NCBI GenBank assembly: GCA_038064195.1 | Contig: JBBTTO010000002.1 | Span: 539,722 to 603,721, forward strand | Origin: Patescibacteria group bacterium | GTDB lineage: Bacteria > Patescibacteriota > Microgenomatia > Levybacterales > UBA12049 | Direction of reading: 5' to 3' | DNA: 64,000 bases | Shown here: piece by piece, positions 39,360-47,758 of the stretch | How the letters are laid out: every line of letters starts with the position of its first letter | Numbering within the stretch: position 1 is the stretch's first letter | Made by a program: the position numbers and the translations under genes | Notes under the pieces: model-generated | Told to the model about the DNA's origin: nothing | Database searches by the model: none | The model's input: only the letters and a program-made list of their open reading frames with translations

Positions 39360-39910
39360 TGAGTCAAAGATTCAAATGGTATAAGCGAGTATCAAGTGCT
39401 TCAGATTTGGAGCAAGGGGATTTTATTTATGGGTGTCCAATTATTGTTCCCCCAGACGAATATCCTGAACGTTTAGAAAATGCAACCATAAATACCACAG
39501 TTAAATCAAATAACGTTATAATTCTGACTCAATCATGCGACTTAATTGGAACCAGAGATAAACCAGAAGTTATTTTGGTCTGTCCGTATTGGGAGTTTCA
39601 TGAAGTTAAAGAGTCAAATCCCACATTATTAAGTAAGAGCTTTATAGAATCTGTAAAAAAGGGCTATCGGCCACGCTTCCACATTCTTAATAAATGCGAT
39701 ATAAATGGACACAAAAAGGAATATATGCTAGTAGACTTTACATATGTCTACGCTATCCCTACAGTTTCGCTCCCTAAGATTTTAACTCGGAATAAGACTA
39801 GGTTAAGAATGCTTCCTCCATACAGAGAACAGTTTGCCCAATCTTTTGCACACTTTTATAGTAGAATAGGGTTGCCAGAAAATTTGCCTGCCGGAATCGG
39901 TAGCATATAA
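39359..39910 (+). CDS. Hypothetical protein, gene 3 of the cassette (four conserved-looking Cys, including a QSCDL motif)
   Basis: ORF with no recognisable domain. Confidence 0.5.
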   Translation: MSQRFKWYKRVSSASDLEQGDFIYGCPIIVPPDEYPERLENATINTTVKSNNVIILTQSCDLIGTRDKPEVILVCPYWEFHEVKESNPTLLSKSFIESVKKGYRPRFHILNKCDINGHKKEYMLVDFTYVYAIPTVSLPKILTRNKTRLRMLPPYREQFAQSFAHFYSRIGLPENLPAGIGSI

Positions 39911-40007
39911 ATCTGTTGGTTGACTTCTTAGAGCTTCTTTGTTAAATTCATCTTGTAGACTTAAAAAGCAAACTTTATTTTCAGGTGTTTTACTTGAATT
40001 TAGCTTC

Positions 40008-40059
40008 AAAAGTAGGGGATGACTCATGAATCCCCGCATTCCTCAGACAGCGTAATTAA
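40008..40059 (+). repeat. Copy C: AAAAGTAGGGGATGACTCATGA + ATCCCCGCATTCCTCAGACAGCGTAATTAA. The core still encodes IPAFLRQRN-stop via synonymous changes.
   Basis: 25/30 nt identity to the ftsZ end, with all differences synonymous in the FtsZ reading frame. The 5' flank is shared with copy D. Confidence 0.7.
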
Positions 40060-40125
40060 CTAGTTTTAGCTTCAACTTTCTAGTAAGCACCTTAGGGTGC
40101 TTTTTTAATTGTCATAGTTTCAGCA

Positions 40126-40798
40126 CTACCAATATACAATGTCGCCTTTAGCTGTGTATAAAACGATTTTAAAAAATCTACTTTGATCAACAATAACTTT
40201 TCTTATATATGAAGGTTTTATTGATATTTTCGAGATGGATTCATCGAGATTGAAAAGGTCTCTGTTGGCAAGAACGAACTTTCTCACTTTTGTCTCTTCA
40301 TTGTTAATAACACCATCTCTATGGACAAGAATGTTTCTGATCTCAATATAACGTTGAAGTGTAGTAAGAAGCTCATCTGAAAGTGAAGTTATATTTGGGT
40401 GATTGGATTTCTGTAGAAGCTCTCTAAACCATTTTTCGAAGAGGCTCATTTTATGTTCATGTTTAGGATTGTATGTTATTGAAGGGTTATTTTTCGAAAT
40501 TGTTCTGGAGATAAGATCAATATGCTTTTCAAATGCAGTGTTGAGTGTAATTCCCAAACCACTTAGCAAATTCCTTTCCAGCTCAGATATCATAAATGAG
40601 TCGTCTGAAAAGGAGTCGATTCGTGATTGGTAATACTCTTCGTTCTTAATTCGTTCATGCTCGTTTTCATTTATCCACTGTTGTGCAGAAACTTCGAGCT
40701 CGTCCTTTTTTTTTAGATATTAGTTCTTCAATTTCTCCAAGAACAAAAATACTTGTTTCAAAGTCAAAGTGAGGGTCAATAAATGATATTATTGGCAT
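40126..40798 (-). pseudogene. HEPN-like (R-x4-H) protein gene, apparently frameshifted at an A9 tract (plus-strand T9 at 40712-40720). The annotated 155-aa ORF (40126-40593) is the downstream frame. An ATG at 40798 opens the upstream frame 8 nt after the PIN gene stop.
   Basis: Frames traced by hand. MPIISFIDPHFDFETSIFVLGEIEELISKKK then shifts +1 into ...DELEVSAQQWINENEHE...MISELERNLL.... With 8 rather than 9 A the two frames fuse into a ~225-aa protein. EIRNILVHRDG matches the HEPN Rx4-6H motif. Confidence 0.45.
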
Positions 40799-40804
40799 TT
40801 TCTT

Positions 40805-41929
40805 CTAAAATATAGTGTAGATTTCCTCACAATTAGGACAAACTTCACCAAATTTTACTTCTCCAGAAGCACAATACCCGCAAGTTTTATCAATTTTTAT
40901 GTCAGGTTTATAGAATGAGCTATATTTTGCTAATAGTTCTTCGGGTATTATCTCCTGATATTTCTCAATAAGATGACTAAAGAATGTTTTGACGTCATCA
41001 TCTTCTATAATCAGCAGTATTTGGTCATTATCTAGGCCAGCTTGAAGCATCTTACATACTTCATTATCGGAAAAGTTAGTAAATAATGATAATCTTCTAA
41101 GAACAGCATGTGTTGTTGCGAATGATGGGCTTTCTACTAAGATTTGAACATAAGGCTCATGTTCTAATTCACTTGCGAGTTTTATATTTGGGAAGTGCTG
41201 ACTGAAAAATGCAGAGAGGGTAGTGTAAAAGAAGATTTGAGAGTTTTTTTCTTGATTCCATTCTTCTTGTAGGAAATCTGAAATTGCTTCAGCACTAATC
41301 TTAGAAATATAGTCTTTATCTTTTGCAATCAAATGTAATCCTTCCTCGTCTGGAACTGCGCTTAGAAGGCTTTCCCAATTTATTGAATCACCATAAGAGC
41401 CATCTTTGCCAGGTGGGTTTCCTATTTCATATCTACGTCTTGCTTGGTTTAGCAACTCAGAAGTAGTAGGGATAACCTTAGCAAGATTAAACAAGTTAAG
41501 AATTAGCTTGTCAGCATCTAAAGACTTATTTTCTATATCTACATGAACTTTTTGAAGGAGTTGATCTTTTGTCCGTATATAATCCCCAATGAGCGATTTT
41601 AGTTTGGAGTATTCTTGATAATCGTGGACGAACCTAGGAAATGAGTCAGGAATTGATTGAACACTCATTACTTTGAGAGAACTGGCAATCTTTGCCTCCC
41701 TATTTCTCCGATACTCGCCTATTGTTTGTTGAGGAACAAAAAGATTTATTTTCTTAGCTTTGATAGCTACCTCTAGTTTTCTAAGTTCTTCAATATCATC
41801 TTTAGAAAAATCATAGAATGTTAAATAAATATTTGTGTCGATAAACAAATTCATGAGCTCTATTATATCACTTGATTGACTTTCATTAGCTTTGCTGTTA
41901 AATTCTTTTCTAAGACATAAGAAAGTCAT
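40805..41929 (-). CDS. PIN-like nuclease domain protein with a C-terminal CxxC...CxxC zinc ribbon
   Basis: N-terminal LFIDTNIYL (PIN first-Asp motif), downstream acidic residues including GKDGSYGDSINW, and C-terminal CGYCASGEVKFGEVCPNCEE. Confidence 0.45.
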   Translation of the reverse strand: MTFLCLRKEFNSKANESQSSDIIELMNLFIDTNIYLTFYDFSKDDIEELRKLEVAIKAKKINLFVPQQTIGEYRRNREAKIASSLKVMSVQSIPDSFPRFVHDYQEYSKLKSLIGDYIRTKDQLLQKVHVDIENKSLDADKLILNLFNLAKVIPTTSELLNQARRRYEIGNPPGKDGSYGDSINWESLLSAVPDEEGLHLIAKDKDYISKISAEAISDFLQEEWNQEKNSQIFFYTTLSAFFSQHFPNIKLASELEHEPYVQILVESPSFATTHAVLRRLSLFTNFSDNEVCKMLQAGLDNDQILLIIEDDDVKTFFSHLIEKYQEIIPEELLAKYSSFYKPDIKIDKTCGYCASGEVKFGEVCPNCEEIYTIF

Positions 41930-41964
41930 TTCTTAATAGGTGTCTTTTAGGAGTTTTTAAGGCT

Positions 41965-42006
41965 AAAAGTAGGGGACAACTAATGAATTCCCGCATTTCT
42001 AAGACG
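41965..42006 (+). repeat. Copy D: AAAAGTAGGGGACAACTAATGA + ATTCCCGCATTTCTAAGACG. The core encodes IPAFLRR.. (synonymous changes plus loss of one codon).
   Basis: Aligns with copy C over ~45 nt. Overlaps the stop of the 41999-42745 gene. Confidence 0.6.
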
Positions 42007-42745
42007 TTTTTACTGCGACAATTGAAATATTGGATTCGCCAAACATTGGGATTGTATAGGAGTCAAGTGTTGTAACCAGATTGGATAAATGTCCCCGAAT
42101 AAATCTGACTGACTGTCCAAGAATTTTACTTGTAAATAAAAAATTCCTAAGAACACCTTCATGCCTACCTGACTGAATTACCTTATAGCCATTATTCTCT
42201 ACAAGAGATATAAGATTAGATAATGTATAACGTCGTAAGTGTCCGACCTCTTTATCAAACCTGTTTAACAATCCGAGACGGTACAAGGGCGCATTTAAAG
42301 AAGGAGTTGTAATAACAAGTAATCCATTTGGTTTGAGAACACTTCTGATATCACGTAAAGCTTTTGCATCATCCTCAAGGTGTTCGATAACTTCCGAGAA
42401 TATGACTAGGTCATAGTTTTTTGTTGGAATTTTAGATGGAAATGCAGCATTAATAAAAGTTATCTTTTTATTAAGATTAAATAATTCAGCATTTTTTCTT
42501 GCAAGTTCCACAGCACTTTTAGAAATTTCTATTCCAGTAACTTCTTTACCTTTTGAAGCAAGGTAAAAATCTATCGTACCAACTCCGGAACCTATATCTA
42601 ATATCTTTTTGACTTTTGGAAGGTAGGGTTTTAAAATTCTTATCAAATGACGATATGTAAAATCATTTTCATTGATGATTCTTTTCTGTAGACGTCGATC
42701 TTGATGAAATGCTTGATAGAGAGCTAAATCTTTTTTCATAGTCAT
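41999..42745 (-). CDS. Class I SAM-dependent methyltransferase
   Basis: Motif I ILDIGSGVGTIDF and post-I acidic residue (EISKSA). DLVIFSEVIEHL motif. Confidence 0.7.
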   Translation of the reverse strand: MTMKKDLALYQAFHQDRRLQKRIINENDFTYRHLIRILKPYLPKVKKILDIGSGVGTIDFYLASKGKEVTGIEISKSAVELARKNAELFNLNKKITFINAAFPSKIPTKNYDLVIFSEVIEHLEDDAKALRDIRSVLKPNGLLVITTPSLNAPLYRLGLLNRFDKEVGHLRRYTLSNLISLVENNGYKVIQSGRHEGVLRNFLFTSKILGQSVRFIRGHLSNLVTTLDSYTIPMFGESNISIVAVKTS

Positions 42746-42791
42746 CTTGCAAAGTAGTATATCAGATGAGCCAATCTAGTATAATATTATC

Positions 42792-43808
42792 ATGAAAAAA
42801 TTGAACATAGTTTTCCTTACTCGGTCGTATTATCCCAATGTAGGTGGGGTGGAGAAGCATGTTTATGAGATTTCCAAAAGATTAGCTGCTTTAGGTCATC
42901 ACGTTACTATCATTACCGAGGATACAAAGAGGGAAAAAGGAGTAGATTTTGATTTCCGGCTAAAAAATGTTGATGTCATTGAGATTCCTGTAGGAGGGGA
43001 TGATTGGTTTAAAAAGTTTCGTATCTGGAAATGGGTGTGGCAACATAAAAATATTTTTCTCAAATCAGATATCATCCATTGCCATGATGTCTTTTTCTGG
43101 TATTTACCTTTAGCATTTCTTTATCCTTTGAAAAATGTTTATACCACTTTTCATGGCTACGAAAGTTATCCAATTAAAAAAAAGGCAATTATTTATCGCA
43201 AGATATTTGAATACATGTCCAATCGCACGATCTGCGTAGGCGCCTTTATGACGAAGTGGTATCACGCTCATCCGGCCAAAATGATCTATGGAGCAGCTGA
43301 GATTCCTAAAAAAACTACTGCTCCTAAGAAAAATTCAGCGATTTTTATTGGTCGCTTGGATGAACATACCGGAATTGATGTCTATCTAAAGGCAACAGAG
43401 TTAATCAGAAAAAAAATAAAGAACTTCACCCTCACAGTATATGGTGACGGGCCATATACTGAGCAATTAAAAGGTCAGAAAGGCATCATTTTCAAAGGGT
43501 ACGATCTCTCAGCTGAGAAGGAAATTATTAAATATGAATATGCCTTCGTCTCGCGCTATTTGGCAATTCTTGAAGCGCTGGCAGCTAAACGTCGAGTTGT
43601 CGCAGTCTATGATAATCCAGTAAAGAAAGATTATTTAACGATGACCCCCTTTAAGGACTGGATCGATATTTGTCGCGATGAAGAAGATGTTGCAAAAATT
43701 GTCACAGAAAAAACCGGTAATGAAGCGATAACCAAGGCGTACACCTGGGTTAGCGAGCAGACCTGGGTCCGACTCGCCGAGGTTTATCTTTCTCTTTGGC
43801 AGAAATAA
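42792..43808 (+). CDS. Glycosyltransferase family 4 (GT-B)
   Basis: N-terminal YYPNVGGVEKHVYEISKRLAALGHHVTII and C-terminal LAILEALAAKRRVVA regions typical of GT4. Confidence 0.65.
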   Translation: MKKLNIVFLTRSYYPNVGGVEKHVYEISKRLAALGHHVTIITEDTKREKGVDFDFRLKNVDVIEIPVGGDDWFKKFRIWKWVWQHKNIFLKSDIIHCHDVFFWYLPLAFLYPLKNVYTTFHGYESYPIKKKAIIYRKIFEYMSNRTICVGAFMTKWYHAHPAKMIYGAAEIPKKTTAPKKNSAIFIGRLDEHTGIDVYLKATELIRKKIKNFTLTVYGDGPYTEQLKGQKGIIFKGYDLSAEKEIIKYEYAFVSRYLAILEALAAKRRVVAVYDNPVKKDYLTMTPFKDWIDICRDEEDVAKIVTEKTGNEAITKAYTWVSEQTWVRLAEVYLSLWQK

Positions 43809-45558
43809 TTATATTTTTAGAATGTTTAGTTTTTAGACAAAGATTGAGCAATCCAAAAATTCCTAATGCTATTGCTGTCAAAAGACTCACCATCTTAGCT
43901 ATCCACCGATCAGGAGTATCCCTAAATATCACATCAATTTTTGCAAGCCCTTCCGGAACTCTAAAAGTTATCACACCAGAATATTTTTTATTTTTAAAAT
44001 CAATTGGGGTGGGCTTATTGTTGATCAATACTTGCCAACCAGGATAGTAGTATGTATTCTCTTTCAGAAGCAGTGGAGTAGTCGCGTCGATAAGATACTG
44101 ATGTCGGGTCATGTCATGACGTAGGGTTTTGATCTGGGTCTTGGGCCCTGATAGAACTTCGATTGATTGATTTGGTATAGTTCCAATCCACGACTGGCTT
44201 CTGTCAACTGAGTGGGGAGTTGTGATGTCCACCCAGTTTGGTCGCTCATCAAAGAGTTTTTGCGAATATATCATTGCGTCGGTCATGGGATAGACTGTTT
44301 TGCGATTACCCCAATTTAAAATAGTATAGAGGGAGGTTATCAAGCATAAGAGAACTATAAAATATTTATTTTTGAAAACTTTGACTACAATCCCTGCCAT
44401 TACGGAGATAAGGAAAATATTTTCAAGCATCAGTCTCCAGGTGAACTGAAAATTCTTAAGAAAAGGCAAAATATTCCAAACCGGTCGGGTAACTTCTTGC
44501 ATAAGAGCAAAAAATATTACAAATAACCCTACGACTGCCCCAAGCAAGTAGAACTCTTTATGCTTTACTTTATGTTTAAGAAGAATATATATTGCTAGCG
44601 CAACGATGATCCATTCTGTGTATCCGACATTAAAATATAATTCACCGAAATGCCCCTGAAACAATAAGCCATAACGATTAGGTGAAAAAAGAAAACTCGT
44701 AATAGGGTGGAACTCTATCTTATTATCAGCTACATACCATGTGAGTTTGCCTTCAAAAAGAATTGGTAGCCAATAAAATGCGGTAAGGAGCATACCGATC
44801 AGTAGGCTTATTCCTAAAAGTATAAGAGGTAATATTTTTTTCCTTTTGCTTCTCAACCACACCAAAAATCCATAGCCAACCAACAATGGTAGAGAAACCA
44901 GGGATGAAACTTGATGCGAGAGGATCATTGAGCCAAAAATAAGAGCCTGTATTAGTACAGCATTGAATTCTTTTGTTTCAACAATTTTTTTGGTGAAGTA
45001 AAAAGCAAAAGGAAGAAAAGTCATAGAAAGAAGTTCTCCGATGCTTACTCTAAAATGAAGATCGATGAGATGAAAAGGAGCAAAAAGGTAGAAAATACTG
45101 GCGACAAAAGCAGATTTTTCTCCTAACTCATTTTTTATCCAGATATACATTCCTACCCCTGAGATGATAAATGAAGATGCGATCAGAAGTTTGACACTAT
45201 CGACAAAAGAAAAACCGATAAGGTGGAAGATAGAAGCAATATAATAAGGTAAGAAAAAAATAAAGATATAAACAGGACAACCATACGTCGCGCAGTGCCT
45301 ACCCATCCATTCAGGTATGATATTCCCTTGCATGATGTTATCAAAAAATTGAGCAGTAAATTTAGCATGGAGAGTCAGATCACCGCTTTCATAGGATCCC
45401 TTTCGCAGGATGCTGATAAGTGGCAGTAATGAAATAATAATAAGTAAAGCTAACAAATTTACTTTACGCTTAAAAATTTGCGTGTAGATAAAAAGTCCTG
45501 TCAGTAGTATCCCTGAGGCAATAATGTTGATGACTACCATTTTGTAAGGTTCAAGCAT
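43750..45558 (-). CDS. Large polytopic membrane protein, possible GT-C-type glycosyltransferase/polymerase
   Basis: At least 12 hydrophobic segments. Context is a glycan locus. No definitive motif. Confidence 0.35.
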   Translation of the reverse strand: MLEPYKMVVINIIASGILLTGLFIYTQIFKRKVNLLALLIIISLLPLISILRKGSYESGDLTLHAKFTAQFFDNIMQGNIIPEWMGRHCATYGCPVYIFIFFLPYYIASIFHLIGFSFVDSVKLLIASSFIISGVGMYIWIKNELGEKSAFVASIFYLFAPFHLIDLHFRVSIGELLSMTFLPFAFYFTKKIVETKEFNAVLIQALIFGSMILSHQVSSLVSLPLLVGYGFLVWLRSKRKKILPLILLGISLLIGMLLTAFYWLPILFEGKLTWYVADNKIEFHPITSFLFSPNRYGLLFQGHFGELYFNVGYTEWIIVALAIYILLKHKVKHKEFYLLGAVVGLFVIFFALMQEVTRPVWNILPFLKNFQFTWRLMLENIFLISVMAGIVVKVFKNKYFIVLLCLITSLYTILNWGNRKTVYPMTDAMIYSQKLFDERPNWVDITTPHSVDRSQSWIGTIPNQSIEVLSGPKTQIKTLRHDMTRHQYLIDATTPLLLKENTYYYPGWQVLINNKPTPIDFKNKKYSGVITFRVPEGLAKIDVIFRDTPDRWIAKMVSLLTAIALGIFGLLNLCLKTKHSKNIIISAKEKDKPRRVGPRSAR

Positions 45559-45644
45559 ATATAATTATCATTATAAGCTTTGGGGTTGGTTATGCAAAGG
45601 GCTTGATTTTCCGACCACAATTAACTAGTATGTGATTATTATTA

Positions 45645-46865
45645 ATGAAAAAAAGTAACTCCTCTCTCCGCGTCACTTATGCCAAAGCTGTCCATGATGA
45701 AAAAGAAGAAGCGGCAGTTATTAAGGTCCTCCGCGAACATAGAACAATTCTTGGCCAGGAAACCAAGAAATTTGAAGAAGGTGTTGCTAAAGAATTTGGT
45801 AAAAAATTTGGCATCATGACCAATTCCGGTTCAAGTGCTAATTTATTGGCAGTGGAGCTCCTTAGTCTCCCTAAAGGTTCTGAGGTTATTACTCCTATGC
45901 TTACCTTTTCAACTACAGTTGCACCTCTTATCATGAAAGGGCTGATACCTGTTTTTATTGATGTAGTGCCTCAGACCTATCAGATTGACGTCAGCAAAGT
46001 TGAAAAAGCCATCACCAAAAAGACTAAAGCCCTTTTCATTCCTAATCTCTTGGGAAATATTCCTGATATGGCAGCGCTGAGTCGGATTGCCAAAAAATAC
46101 AAATTATTTTATATCGAGGATTCATGTGACACATTAGGTGCAACGTTTAACGGAAAGCCGACCGGGGTATATTCCGATATTTCTACGACCAGTTTTTACG
46201 GGTCACATATTATTACAGCAGGAGGAGGCGGTGGAATGCTTATGGTTAATAAAGAGACATGGCGAGACAGAGCGAAAGTCTTGCGTGGATGGGGGAGAGG
46301 ATCTGCCTCACTCAATGAATCCGAAGATTTAGATTTACGGTTTGCAACTAAAATTGGCAAAATGCCTTATGACGCCAAATTTATCTTTGGTGAGATTGGT
46401 TATAACTTTTTGCCGATAGAAATGGGAGCTGCCTTTGGTAATGTTCAGCTACAAAAGCTACCAAGATTTCGCCGCAGCAGGGAGCGAAATTATGCCAGGC
46501 TCTCTAAATTCTTTGCCAAATATACTGATTACTTTGCACTGCCAATTCAGGATTCCAAAGTTATTACCCAGTGGCTGTCGTTTCCTTTGACTATTAAAAA
46601 GAGTGCTCCATTCACCAGATTAGATATAGTAACCTATCTTGAACAGCATAATATTCAGACACGACCCATCTTTACCGGAGTTATTACCAAGCAACCCGGT
46701 TTCAAAAGCATAAAACATAGAAATGGTCAAAGATCATTTCCCGCTTCCGAGGAGATTATGGAGAGAGGCTTTGTCGTGGGTGTCCATCATGGCATGGAGC
46801 CCGAACATCTGAAAAAACTTGAAGAGACTATTACAGAATTTGTTACACGTTTCCCCAAGGAATAA
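45645..46865 (+). CDS. DegT/DnrJ/EryC1/StrS-family PLP/PMP enzyme. Likely CDP-4-keto-6-deoxyglucose 3-dehydrase (E1/DdhC-like) by context.
   Basis: DegT-family N-terminal region ...LGQETKKFEEGVAKEFGKKFGIMTNSGSSANLLAVELL. Length ~406 aa. Neighbouring rfbF, dehydratase and RfbJ-like genes. Confidence 0.5.
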   Translation: MKKSNSSLRVTYAKAVHDEKEEAAVIKVLREHRTILGQETKKFEEGVAKEFGKKFGIMTNSGSSANLLAVELLSLPKGSEVITPMLTFSTTVAPLIMKGLIPVFIDVVPQTYQIDVSKVEKAITKKTKALFIPNLLGNIPDMAALSRIAKKYKLFYIEDSCDTLGATFNGKPTGVYSDISTTSFYGSHIITAGGGGGMLMVNKETWRDRAKVLRGWGRGSASLNESEDLDLRFATKIGKMPYDAKFIFGEIGYNFLPIEMGAAFGNVQLQKLPRFRRSRERNYARLSKFFAKYTDYFALPIQDSKVITQWLSFPLTIKKSAPFTRLDIVTYLEQHNIQTRPIFTGVITKQPGFKSIKHRNGQRSFPASEEIMERGFVVGVHHGMEPEHLKKLEETITEFVTRFPKE

Positions 46866-46867
46866 AT

Positions 46868-47755
46868 CTAGAATTTCTCCAAACTACTCATATCAATTAT
46901 ACTTTTGTTTTGCTCGTAGTAACTGTAAAGTTTTTTCAGAGCTTCATCAAGTGGAGTAAAATAAAGTTCTTTGATCTCATTTTTTAGCCGTTCGATATTA
47001 CACGTATATTCTTTCCCTAAGTTTTTATTTTTGATGACTATTGGTTTATTACTTTTTGAGATTGCGATGATTTTTTGAGCAATAGTATAAAGATCGACTT
47101 TTTGTCCGACTCCGATATTGTAGACTCTATACTTTGGAGTATGAGTGAGGAAATATTCAAGTATTTTCATAAAGTCGTCGATATAGAGATAATCAAAATA
47201 TACGTTTTGATTGATAGTTATTGGGACTCCAACGATGCTTTTACAAATTGATTGCGATATAAAACGGATGTCGTAATCTTCGTATTTACCATAAAGCCCA
47301 AAAATTCTCAGGATTACTGCATCTTTATCATTTTCCAATAATTTTGAGCATAAAAATTTATATAAGCCATAATCGTCTTTTGGTATTGATCGTCCGAAAT
47401 TCTCTTCCTTGATATCAATAAGTGGGAATTCTTTATTATACTCAGCTCCGGAACCAAAAAATATAATTTTTTTAAAGTATTTCCGACACCTCAGGAGATT
47501 AACAAACATTCTCAAATTGGGATTTAGATAATTCAGAGTCGGATCGGATTTGCGGGTCCCTCCAACGTTTGCAGCGTGAATGAGAACATCCGATGGATGA
47601 GCTTTAAGAAACTCTCCGACTTTCTCTATATCAAGTAAGTCCAGTTCCCGATGTGTTGGGGCGATGATAGTATATCGGTCAGAAAATGCTTCTTGGATAT
47701 TACGGCCGATAAAACCATTTCCACCGGTAAGGAAAAGAGTAGTTGTTTTCATCAA
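46868..47755 (-). CDS. Extended-SDR NAD(P)-dependent reductase/epimerase, CDP-abequose/paratose synthase (RfbJ/RfbS)- or YerF-like
   Basis: TGGNGFIGRNI Rossmann motif. ~295 aa. Context. Confidence 0.5.
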   Translation of the reverse strand: MMKTTTLFLTGGNGFIGRNIQEAFSDRYTIIAPTHRELDLLDIEKVGEFLKAHPSDVLIHAANVGGTRKSDPTLNYLNPNLRMFVNLLRCRKYFKKIIFFGSGAEYNKEFPLIDIKEENFGRSIPKDDYGLYKFLCSKLLENDKDAVILRIFGLYGKYEDYDIRFISQSICKSIVGVPITINQNVYFDYLYIDDFMKILEYFLTHTPKYRVYNIGVGQKVDLYTIAQKIIAISKSNKPIVIKNKNLGKEYTCNIERLKNEIKELYFTPLDEALKKLYSYYEQNKSIIDMSSLEKF

Positions 47756-47758
47756 GGG

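Noticed and set aside
40008-40059. Small ORF MNPRIPQTA-stop overlapping repeat copy C, and MNSRISKTFL... at copy D
   Set aside because: The conserved signal is in the other frame (IPAFLRQRN). These short ORFs are by-products of the repeat.
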